A stretch of DNA of 29,224 bases. Source: a virus. Taxonomy: Duplodnaviria > Caudoviricetes. The DNA lies in the IMG/VR virus record IMGVR_UViG_3300037876_000121, positions 1 to 29,224 of that record; one strand, written 5' to 3'. The notes beneath the pieces were generated by a model. That model was not told where the DNA came from. It did not search any database and saw only the letters and a program-made list of their open reading frames with translations. A program made the position numbers and the translations under genes. Shown piece after piece: positions 15,971-23,474 of this stretch; the stretch's first letter is position 1; every line of letters starts with the position of its first letter.

Positions 15971-18349
15971 ATGGCCATAGGTCGTATATCTGGGTCAGTA
16001 CTGAAGTCAAATTTGACTAGGAATGGTACAGACCTGGCATTTGAAACAAACCTGTTATACCTCGATGTAACAAACAGTCGTGTAGGTATTGGCACTTCGG
16101 AACCATCAACAACATTACAAGTAAACGGAACAATAACCACAACTGCATTAGCAGTATCAGGATCATCTGCATTAGATGGTGTGACTATTACAGATAATAT
16201 AATATCTACAAATTCATCAAACGCAAATTTAGAATTACGTGCAAACGGAACTGGAAATGTTGGAATAGGTACATCTACTCCACAAGGTAGATTATCTGTG
16301 TTGGCAGATGACTCAATAGCAACTCCTACAATGGTATTTCAAGCCGTAAATGGTGATGAATTGGCTCATGCTTCTATATCAACAACGGACGATAGTGGTG
16401 GTGTTGATGTTATGATTGGTTCTAATATATACATAGGAGTAAACGGTACTACCCAAAGATTTGATACTGGTAGAAGTGGTAGTAGTGTTATGTTTGGATA
16501 TACTGGAACTACAAAATTTTATGCAGGTAGCAGTAATAATGTTCCAACAGAAGTAGTGCGTATCAGTAATGCTGGAAATGTTGGAATAGGTACAACAAGT
16601 CCGTCGACGGCTTTAGAAGTAAGCGGAACAATTAGAGGATCAGGCATTAACGTCAATAATGCTTACACTCTTCCTACATCTGATGGATCAGCAGGACAGG
16701 TATTGACCACGGATGGTTCTGGAAACATAACTTTCCAAACAATGAGTGTGGGGGACTTCTCATTCGTTGGATCTACTATCAGTGCACCATCAAACGCAGA
16801 CATGACGTTTGACAACTCGGGAACAGGCGGATACATATTTGAAGGAACAACATCACTATCACTGCCTAATGGATCCACAGCACAGAGGCCAACAGGTTCT
16901 GAGGGAATGATCCGTTATAACTCAAGCACTGACACAATTGAAGGTTACACATCAGCGGGAGGATGGGCACAACTGGGTGCGACTAGTACTACGTCAGAGA
17001 ACACCGACGACACTGCTACAGATAGTGAGACAGCGATCAGTACCACTGAGAAAGTGATCAACCAATTCGTCACCGGAACTTATGACAGTGCATGGTACTT
17101 GGCAGTGACCAGGGACGAGATCAACGACGAGGTTGCTACTGCCAAGTACAGCCTGGTGCACAATAACACAAATGCGTTCGTGGCAGAATCACACGTCACA
17201 CAGTCAAATGTCAGCAACACCTATATCACGGCGACCGCGGACGTGGCGGGTGGCAACGCTAGATTAAAGACCACCGGTGGTAGTGTGGTCAATTCCGTGA
17301 GCTTCTACAGGATAGGATTAGGTGATAACACCTCGGCAGGTACGACGGGAAATGTCACTACCACAATAAACACAGATGTGGATAGTGCCGCAGAGAAGAT
17401 AGACGGTTGGGCACTGGCCAGTTACAGGGGTGCAAAATATTACATCTCCGTCAACAACACCACAACTGGCGAACTTTCAAACACGGAAGCACTGGTGGTG
17501 CACGATGGATCCACGGCATACATCACACAATACGGAAACGTCAACACCGGTAACAATGATCTAATTACACTGACCGCAGAAGTGGACAGCACGGAAGTTG
17601 TACTTAAAGCATCAGCACAGGCACCCAATTGCCGTGTGACGGCCTACAGGATTTTACTAGCGGACGATGAATCAGCGTCAACAGGTGATAACATTAACAT
17701 AGTAGAGGCAACTACCGTGAGTTCTGCCGCTACAACAGTGGATTCTTTCAACACATCAACGTACACAGGTGCGTTTTACGTGTTCACCGGATACAACTCT
17801 TCAGAAGGTGCGGCCAGCATATCAGAGGTCATGGTGGTTGCCAATGATGAAGCCTATGTGACACAGGGTCCATTGGTCAGTACAAAAGGCACAGACCAAT
17901 TGGCTGTAACTGCCAGCCTGTCAGGAAGCACGGTCACAGTCCAAGCGGCATCAACGTCAGGATCAAGCACCACAGTCAACGGATACAGGGTGCATATGCT
18001 AAGGGGAAGTGCAGGTGCATCAACGGCAGACACGGTATTGGTTTCAACAGAACAGACTATTTCGGGTGCCAAGACCTTCAGCAGTCCTATCGCACTAACA
18101 GTTGGAAGCGATCCGTCTGGTGTGGCTAACAACGCTCACATATATGCGAAGGACGAATCATCCAGTGCTGAAGTTTTTGTTAAGGATGAAGCAGGTAACG
18201 TTACCAAGATATCACCACACAACGAAGAGGGCGAATGGGAATACTATTCTAGGAACACAAAAACAGGTAAAACTGTGAGGGTAAACATGGAAGAGATGAT
18301 CCGTGATATTGAGAAACTCACAGGTAAATCTTATATCAAAAACAATTAA
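15971..18349 (+). CDS. Mosaic fibre-like virion structural protein (792 aa)
   Basis: Shared N-terminal module; three VGIGT motifs; YTLPTSDGSAGQVLTTDGSG; LPNGSTAQRP module; three tandem copies of a Y.(S/G)A.Y...(H)...A(Y/F) domain. Confidence 0.88.
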   Translation: MAIGRISGSVLKSNLTRNGTDLAFETNLLYLDVTNSRVGIGTSEPSTTLQVNGTITTTALAVSGSSALDGVTITDNIISTNSSNANLELRANGTGNVGIGTSTPQGRLSVLADDSIATPTMVFQAVNGDELAHASISTTDDSGGVDVMIGSNIYIGVNGTTQRFDTGRSGSSVMFGYTGTTKFYAGSSNNVPTEVVRISNAGNVGIGTTSPSTALEVSGTIRGSGINVNNAYTLPTSDGSAGQVLTTDGSGNITFQTMSVGDFSFVGSTISAPSNADMTFDNSGTGGYIFEGTTSLSLPNGSTAQRPTGSEGMIRYNSSTDTIEGYTSAGGWAQLGATSTTSENTDDTATDSETAISTTEKVINQFVTGTYDSAWYLAVTRDEINDEVATAKYSLVHNNTNAFVAESHVTQSNVSNTYITATADVAGGNARLKTTGGSVVNSVSFYRIGLGDNTSAGTTGNVTTTINTDVDSAAEKIDGWALASYRGAKYYISVNNTTTGELSNTEALVVHDGSTAYITQYGNVNTGNNDLITLTAEVDSTEVVLKASAQAPNCRVTAYRILLADDESASTGDNINIVEATTVSSAATTVDSFNTSTYTGAFYVFTGYNSSEGAASISEVMVVANDEAYVTQGPLVSTKGTDQLAVTASLSGSTVTVQAASTSGSSTTVNGYRVHMLRGSAGASTADTVLVSTEQTISGAKTFSSPIALTVGSDPSGVANNAHIYAKDESSSAEVFVKDEAGNVTKISPHNEEGEWEYYSRNTKTGKTVRVNMEEMIRDIEKLTGKSYIKNN
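16251..16594 (+). repeat. Perfect 23-nt direct repeats 321 nt apart (in frame)
   Basis: CTGGAAATGTTGGAATAGGTACA at 16251-16273 and 16572-16594, encoding GNVGIGT. Confidence 0.92.
16781..16845 (+). repeat. 65-nt dispersed repeat, copy 2 (copy 1 at 9537-9601)
   Basis: See copy 1; five mismatches, all at synonymous third positions. Confidence 0.9.
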
Positions 18350-18774
18350 ACTATTAGATCTAATATAGTCTGTAACTTACCTTTTATACTTTTATTATTC
18401 AGTGTATTTTTAAGACCCATGTGAAGGTTCTTGGGCCAACATTCAAACGCCGTCCAACAGTATCCTGAATGCTCTTCATTTAACTTGGGTATGAATTCTG
18501 CATCTATGGCCACGAGATATGTATGGAAGAAGAACTTCTGATCGTTTGATGTGAACATCTCCAATGGTATCACCTTCTTGAACTTGGGTAGACCGCCTGT
18601 CTCTTCCTCTATCTCACGCTTCAGTCCCTCGAAAGCGGACTCCGTGAATTTACTCTTGCCACCTACCAATCCCCACATGCCTTGTGTCTTGCGATCAGTC
18701 CTCTGTAGGAAAAGGAAACGTTTGGTGCTGGTGGCGTAGAACAGGGCACCTGAACATACTATATTTTCTTTCAT
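18346..18774 (-). CDS. Nudix hydrolase (142 aa)
   Basis: Nudix box GX5EX7REUXEEXG = GKSKFTESAFEGLKREIEEETG, preceded by WGLVG; also LNEEHSGYCW. Confidence 0.93.
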   Translation of the reverse strand: MKENIVCSGALFYATSTKRFLFLQRTDRKTQGMWGLVGGKSKFTESAFEGLKREIEEETGGLPKFKKVIPLEMFTSNDQKFFFHTYLVAIDAEFIPKLNEEHSGYCWTAFECWPKNLHMGLKNTLNNKSIKGKLQTILDLIV

Positions 18775-18779
18775 GCTAT

Positions 18780-18809
18780 ATTATAACAATTATGGAGTCG
18801 TGGCGTCAA
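18780..18809 (-). promoter_or_regulatory. sigma70-type promoter for the Nudix gene
   Basis: Minus strand TTGACG (18809-18804), 18-nt spacer ending TGT, TATAAT (18785-18780; extended -10 TGnTATAAT), ATG 5 nt later. Confidence 0.75.
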
Positions 18810-20232
18810 TTGATGAGTTATACCCTGTATCTGCTCCGCCGTCTAGTACTATGCTCCAATTACCTTGTGTGTACACACCCTCGTATGATTTGACCCATTC
18901 AGTGCCATTGAACCTGTACTGTATTCCTGTGTTAAGGTTGGTAACGTAGTGCTGTGTTGAATCTGGATTACTTGCGTCAAAGGCAATGTTCCACTTGCTT
19001 GTTGTACTGTTGTATTCTATAATATCACCGACACTGGCCACAAGTGTACCCCATATGCTACTTTGGAAACTGGCTGTGCTGTCTCCAACATCATTTATTA
19101 CCAAGTATCTGTCACCATTTGCAGGAGTACCTGGATCAAAAGTTGCAGGGTTTATGATTTTCTTGACTGCAGTCAGAGAGTTGCTTGGTATTGTGTCACC
19201 GTCTATTGTGAACAATAAGATTGTGTCGTCAAGTGTGGTGGTTGCGATTGTACCAATAATCTCATTGCCATTTGGTTGTGTCAATCTTATCTGTGATGTA
19301 CCGTTTGTTACTTTTCCGTACTGATCTAATAGAACTTTCCAGTTGACTGCTGGACCAAACGTTTCGAATGGATCAAAGTTGTTGGGTTCGTTGGCCCCTG
19401 TTTGGAATCCATCACCTCCTGATTTAACATTTACACCCGTTGTACCTAGCAATCTTAATTGATTTCCTGTGACCAATAATCCAAAATTGTTTGGGGTGAT
19501 GAAACTTTTTGACACTAATTCGCCATCTATTAATCCTTTGGCTATTCCGCCATCGTCGTCGTATATGCTCATTATGATCTTCTGCACTACACCTAGTTTT
19601 TTAACCTTGACCGGGGGTGATAACCATATTGGCATTGAAAAAGTCATAGTTGCAACATCGATCTCAGAGTCTGCACCCACAGGTATTGTTCTACTACTGA
19701 ATGTTGTGCCTGTCAGTTCCACGTAACTTAAACTCGTCCAATCAATATAGTTGTCAGTTTTCTGTATCTCAAAGTCAGGATTGAACAAGTATAATATCTG
19801 TTCCATTATCTGTAATTTTTGATCCGTGTTCGATGAGAAAATATCTGCTGTAACTTCTAATCTGAATGGCGAAGGCATAACTTTCTCAACTGTGTATCCT
19901 GCACCCATCTCATTGGTGTAGTTGCCGTCCGCATCTATGCCTCTTTCCCTCAGGTGTTGCTTTTCTATGTGATAAGGATTTTGCATCCTTTCCCTATCGT
20001 AATTCAATTCCCTTACGTAACACGCAATTTTAGGGGCATAGTTCAATGCATTTTCACTGTTGTTCCTTATGATGTTTGCTACCTGTCTTGTTGGGTCTCC
20101 GTATACAACAGGCACTGCCCTTAAACTTATAGAATCATCTTTACCCCTTCCTGTCTCAACAGAAAAATTACTCAAGATCCTAATGAATTGAGTGAGAAAT
20201 TTCCTAACCTGTCCTTCGTAAAAATGTAGCAT
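18790..20232 (-). CDS. gp15: Tail completion/sheath stabiliser, T4 gp15-like, with C-terminal extension (480 aa)
   Basis: HFYEGQVRKFLTQFIRILSNF, VPVVYGDP, LNYDRER, PSPFRLEV...QKLQIMEQILYLFNP, TMTFSMPIWLSPP match the gp15 pattern; adjacent to neck genes. Confidence 0.78.
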   Translation of the reverse strand: MLHFYEGQVRKFLTQFIRILSNFSVETGRGKDDSISLRAVPVVYGDPTRQVANIIRNNSENALNYAPKIACYVRELNYDRERMQNPYHIEKQHLRERGIDADGNYTNEMGAGYTVEKVMPSPFRLEVTADIFSSNTDQKLQIMEQILYLFNPDFEIQKTDNYIDWTSLSYVELTGTTFSSRTIPVGADSEIDVATMTFSMPIWLSPPVKVKKLGVVQKIIMSIYDDDGGIAKGLIDGELVSKSFITPNNFGLLVTGNQLRLLGTTGVNVKSGGDGFQTGANEPNNFDPFETFGPAVNWKVLLDQYGKVTNGTSQIRLTQPNGNEIIGTIATTTLDDTILLFTIDGDTIPSNSLTAVKKIINPATFDPGTPANGDRYLVINDVGDSTASFQSSIWGTLVASVGDIIEYNSTTSKWNIAFDASNPDSTQHYVTNLNTGIQYRFNGTEWVKSYEGVYTQGNWSIVLDGGADTGYNSSIDATTP

Positions 20233-21401
20233 TAATTGTCAGCCTTTGGTTTCAGAGCATCTGCCAATGACTGTCTTTGTGTAACTGTTAAACCATTTAT
20301 AGTTGATTCTGTTGTGTTGTTTACAAAACTTGTTTTGTAGTTGCTTCTAGAATCATTATTAGTTGTAGTTATTCTCACACTGTCCTCTATTTTCACCCAT
20401 CTGGCTCCATCATAACGGAATAATCTATTTGGTAAGAAGTCTGTCCTTAAGAAGTAGTCTCCTGTATCCACACCCGACGTTGGGAAAGATATTCCAAAAC
20501 CAGCCGGATTTCCGTTAGGTGCAACACCGTCGCCATCCAGATAGAATCCATAGTGAGAACTTGCCGGCGTATCTATTGTTGCATTTACAGTAGCATCACT
20601 GCTGGCTCTTTGATCTTCTGTGTTAACATTTTCGGTACGTATGTTTCCTCTTTCATCTATCGGTGCTACATAATATTGTTTGTAATTGAATCCTGCCTTA
20701 GGTGCATCTGCTTCTGCTTGAGCAACAACCTGATCATTGATTGTTTTTTCTCTGTTGTATGTACTCATATAACTGGCCACAGAACCTTCTGTTGTCGCGT
20801 CACCAATTACATCTCTAAATTCCTGAGAGTCGACTAGTGTTTTCATTTTTAATCTTAATAAGTGTGGCCACCAAGTCTGCGAGAATCCTTCTGCCGCTCT
20901 GTTTACATCTTCAACAACATAATATCTTTTCAGTGCTATAGGCACACTCTCATCTAACGAATAATCTTCCTTCATGTGCGGGAATTCTATAACATCACCA
21001 CTCATTGGCTTCCTTCCGATTCTTTCCACAATGTCATTTAAATGAACAGTCAAGAACAATGTGTCATTCTGTAAGAACATGCCAAACTGCGATAGATTAA
21101 AGTCTGCATCTTGCACGTTGTATATTCCTCTAACGACATAGACATCATCTGAATATTTCCTGTCTCTGTTTTCTAGAAATAACAAATCTTGTATGGTTCT
21201 CTCATTCAAACTATCACCAGAGTACTGAGGTTGTGTGGGAGATGCGGCTCCATCCTTGTTTGTGTCTCCCTGATCGTATGGTCCTAGATATTTGTGTAGG
21301 TGTAGATCAGTCCCACCCACTTGAAACATCTCTTTAATGTTTCTATCGAAGAACTTGTAGTCATTGCCCTTTTCAGGCTTAAAAATGGATAATCTTGGCA
21401 T
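20232..21401 (-). CDS. gp14: Neck/head-closure protein, T4 gp14-like (389 aa)
   Basis: DLLFLENRDRKY, FNLSQFGMFLQNDTLFLTVH, GRKPMSGDVIEFP resemble gp14. Start set at MPRLS (21401), 8 nt after TAAATA; coupled to the gp15-like gene by TAATG. Confidence 0.72.
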   Translation of the reverse strand: MPRLSIFKPEKGNDYKFFDRNIKEMFQVGGTDLHLHKYLGPYDQGDTNKDGAASPTQPQYSGDSLNERTIQDLLFLENRDRKYSDDVYVVRGIYNVQDADFNLSQFGMFLQNDTLFLTVHLNDIVERIGRKPMSGDVIEFPHMKEDYSLDESVPIALKRYYVVEDVNRAAEGFSQTWWPHLLRLKMKTLVDSQEFRDVIGDATTEGSVASYMSTYNREKTINDQVVAQAEADAPKAGFNYKQYYVAPIDERGNIRTENVNTEDQRASSDATVNATIDTPASSHYGFYLDGDGVAPNGNPAGFGISFPTSGVDTGDYFLRTDFLPNRLFRYDGARWVKIEDSVRITTTNNDSRSNYKTSFVNNTTESTINGLTVTQRQSLADALKPKADN

Positions 21402-21409
21402 ATCATACA

Positions 21410-21439
21410 TATTTATTGCACAGACAATGACTATAAATA
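21410..21439. promoter_or_regulatory. Back-to-back late promoters
   Basis: TATTTA 21410-21415 (minus) and the full T4 late consensus TATAAATA 21432-21439 (plus, 5 nt before ATG 21445). Confidence 0.82.
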
Positions 21440-21444
21440 TGAGT

Positions 21445-22206
21445 ATGTCAGAACTACAAACAGGACAACAGGAAATTTTCGATTACGTCAAGAACAGTCT
21501 CGGCGATGGGATGATTGACGTTGAATTAGACCCAAAACACTATCAAACGGCACTGGAGAGGGCTGTGAACAAATTCAGACAGCGATCTTCAAACGCGGTA
21601 GAGGAATCATACGCATTTCTTGAATTAAAGAAAAATCAAAACAGTTACATCCTGCCAGATGAAATCATAAACGTGAGAAATTTAAACAGGAGAACAGTTG
21701 GTTCACGAACCGAGGGTGGCGAAGGCGGAACTTTGTTTGAACCATTCAACCTTGCATACACAAACACATATCTTTTGAGAGCAGGTGCAACAGGTGGATT
21801 AGCAACTTACTATGCATTTGCTTCATATCAGGAAATGATTGGAAAAATGTTTGGTAGTTTCATTCAATTCCACTTTGATGTTGCTACAAAAAAATTGACT
21901 ATCACACAGAGACCAAGAGCAGACGACGAGACTGTTCTCATGCACACCGACAACTTCAGACCTGACATCACTTTGTTCAAAGATATCTACTCTAAACCAT
22001 GGATCAGAGATTACACACTTGCTGTGTCTAAAATAATGTTAGGTGAAGCGAGAGGCAAATTTAATACCATCGCAGGTCCACAGGGTGGTACAACACTGAA
22101 CGGTGATGCATTGAAGAACGAAGGCCAGGCAGAGATCGAAAGATTGGAAGCAGACATAGGAAACTTCCAAGAAGGCGGAACTCCACACAGTTTTGTTATT
22201 GGTTAA
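21445..22206 (+). CDS. gp13: Neck/head-tail adaptor protein, T4 gp13-like (253 aa)
   Basis: DYVKNSLGDGMIDVELD, WIRDYTLAVSKIMLGEARGKF..IAGPQGGTTLNG..LK.EG..EIERLE, F.IG C-terminus. Start moved from the track TTG 21364 to ATG 21445. Confidence 0.82.
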   Translation: MSELQTGQQEIFDYVKNSLGDGMIDVELDPKHYQTALERAVNKFRQRSSNAVEESYAFLELKKNQNSYILPDEIINVRNLNRRTVGSRTEGGEGGTLFEPFNLAYTNTYLLRAGATGGLATYYAFASYQEMIGKMFGSFIQFHFDVATKKLTITQRPRADDETVLMHTDNFRPDITLFKDIYSKPWIRDYTLAVSKIMLGEARGKFNTIAGPQGGTTLNGDALKNEGQAEIERLEADIGNFQEGGTPHSFVIG

Positions 22207-22236
22207 TTGACCACAAACTTCATTTAAATACCGTGC

Positions 22237-22419
22237 ATGAAAGACTCCCACCACAAAAATTATTCTGACCTATCACTGGATGAACTCGAAAATTTGGTAG
22301 AAGATTTGGAAACAATGAGCATAAAAGCGTTGAAAGAACGCAAGAAAACTCTGAGAGCATCAATATTGAGATCTGTAAAAAAAGCAATCAAAGAGATTGA
22401 AAAACGTCTAAAAAAATAG
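22237..22419 (+). CDS. Small coiled-coil hypothetical protein (60 aa)
   Basis: TAAATA 22225-22230 lies 6 nt before the ATG. Acidic-then-basic helical heptads (LSLDELENLVEDLE...KAIKEIEKRLKK). Confidence 0.65.
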   Translation: MKDSHHKNYSDLSLDELENLVEDLETMSIKALKERKKTLRASILRSVKKAIKEIEKRLKK

Positions 22420-22425
22420 TATAAT
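22397..22425 (+). promoter_or_regulatory. sigma70-type promoter for the dNMP kinase gene
   Basis: TTGAAA 22397-22402, 17-nt spacer, TATAAT 22420-22425, ATG 6 nt later, no SD. Confidence 0.75.
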
Positions 22426-22431
22426 AATCCT

Positions 22432-23085
22432 ATGTTGATAGGTGTAGTAGGTTTAATAGGTTCTGGAAAAGGCACAGTTGCGGATAGACTTGTAGAAAAA
22501 CATGGATATAAAAAAGATAGTTTTGCAAAGAGTCTAAAAGATGCTGTGGCATCAATGTTCAACTGGGATCGCAGTATGCTAGAAGGAGACACCGAATCAA
22601 GCCGGCACTGGAGAGAACAACCAGACAGATTTTGGAGTGAGAAATTTGGCAAACCCACAACTCCGAGATGGGTGTTACAGTACTTCGGCACAGAAGTCAT
22701 GCGTGGTCAAATGATCGACAGTATTTGGGTTGACAGTTGCATTGGAAGGTACAAAGGACAACACACAGTAATAGCAGATACCAGATTTCCCAACGAAGTG
22801 AAACAGATAAGGGCACATGGTGGTAAGATCATACTTGTAAAAAGAGGGCCTGATCCTGACTGGTTTGTAAACTACACTGAAGGCAACATAGAACCTAAAG
22901 GCATACACACGTCTGAATACGCCTGGGCCAAAGAAGAGTTTGATTTCGTCATAGAGAACAATGGCGCAAAAGAAGAATTATATGCTAAAATTGACGGCCT
23001 AATCGTCAGCGACGAGATCACCAACACGCCAACCCAATCTACGGGTACTGCCCAACCTTTGGCAATTGGCGCAAACAGTTTTTAG
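22432..23085 (+). CDS. Deoxynucleoside monophosphate kinase, T4 gp1-like (217 aa)
   Basis: P-loop GLIGSGKGT, SFAKSLKDA, PRWVLQYFGTEVMR, IADTRFPNE, HTSE. Confidence 0.93.
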   Translation: MLIGVVGLIGSGKGTVADRLVEKHGYKKDSFAKSLKDAVASMFNWDRSMLEGDTESSRHWREQPDRFWSEKFGKPTTPRWVLQYFGTEVMRGQMIDSIWVDSCIGRYKGQHTVIADTRFPNEVKQIRAHGGKIILVKRGPDPDWFVNYTEGNIEPKGIHTSEYAWAKEEFDFVIENNGAKEELYAKIDGLIVSDEITNTPTQSTGTAQPLAIGANSF

Positions 23086-23358
23086 ATTAGTAGCAACTGT
23101 ATTCCTCAAATTTCCATCTACAAATAGTACATCTAACTGGGATCTATGCTGTGCTTTGAATCCACACAGTTCACACTTCCGGTGTTTCTTGTATCCTGAT
23201 CTTTGTAGTGCAGTCACACCGCCAACTCTCTTGCCGGCTTTTTTCCTGATACAGGTGTCGCATCGGCTCCGCCAATACACCCTACCATATCTCTTGTAGG
23301 CATACGCCCTGGGTTTGGTCTTACACTCCGTACACAACGGTCTGTCTTTGTACTGCAT
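22999..23358 (-). CDS. Zn-finger/HNH-fold protein with degenerate active site (119 aa)
   Basis: Four CxxC pairs (CTEC, CDTC, CELC, CANC) and CELCGF...QLDVLFVDGNLRN....NLKTVCANC. Start set at MQYKD, 5 nt after TAAATA (23369-23364). Confidence 0.75.
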   Translation of the reverse strand: MQYKDRPLCTECKTKPRAYAYKRYGRVYWRSRCDTCIRKKAGKRVGGVTALQRSGYKKHRKCELCGFKAQHRSQLDVLFVDGNLRNTVATNLKTVCANCQRLGSTRRLGWRVGDLVADD

Positions 23359-23363
23359 GTGTG

Positions 23364-23464
23364 TATTTACGTCACCTATATAGGCACCAAGAAAACGGTA
23401 AATTATGTCAACAAAACCGTATGATTGAATAAATAGTTCTAGTATATACGTAACTTGCAAGGAG
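23364..23464. promoter_or_regulatory. Divergent late promoter cores and sheath SD
   Basis: TATTTA 23364-23369 (minus); TAAATA 23430-23435 (plus); AAGGAG 23459-23464. Confidence 0.72.
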
Positions 23465-23474
23465 AATACGAAAA

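Noticed and set aside
9537-16845. Diversity-generating retroelement TR/VR pair
   Set aside because: The mismatches are not adenine-specific in either direction, all are synonymous, both copies are inside CDSs, and no reverse transcriptase is in the window.
23375-23420. Palindrome CCTATATAGG and ACGGT/ACCGT inverted pair as operator sites
   Set aside because: Short, single occurrence, and not seen at the other promoters; could be chance.
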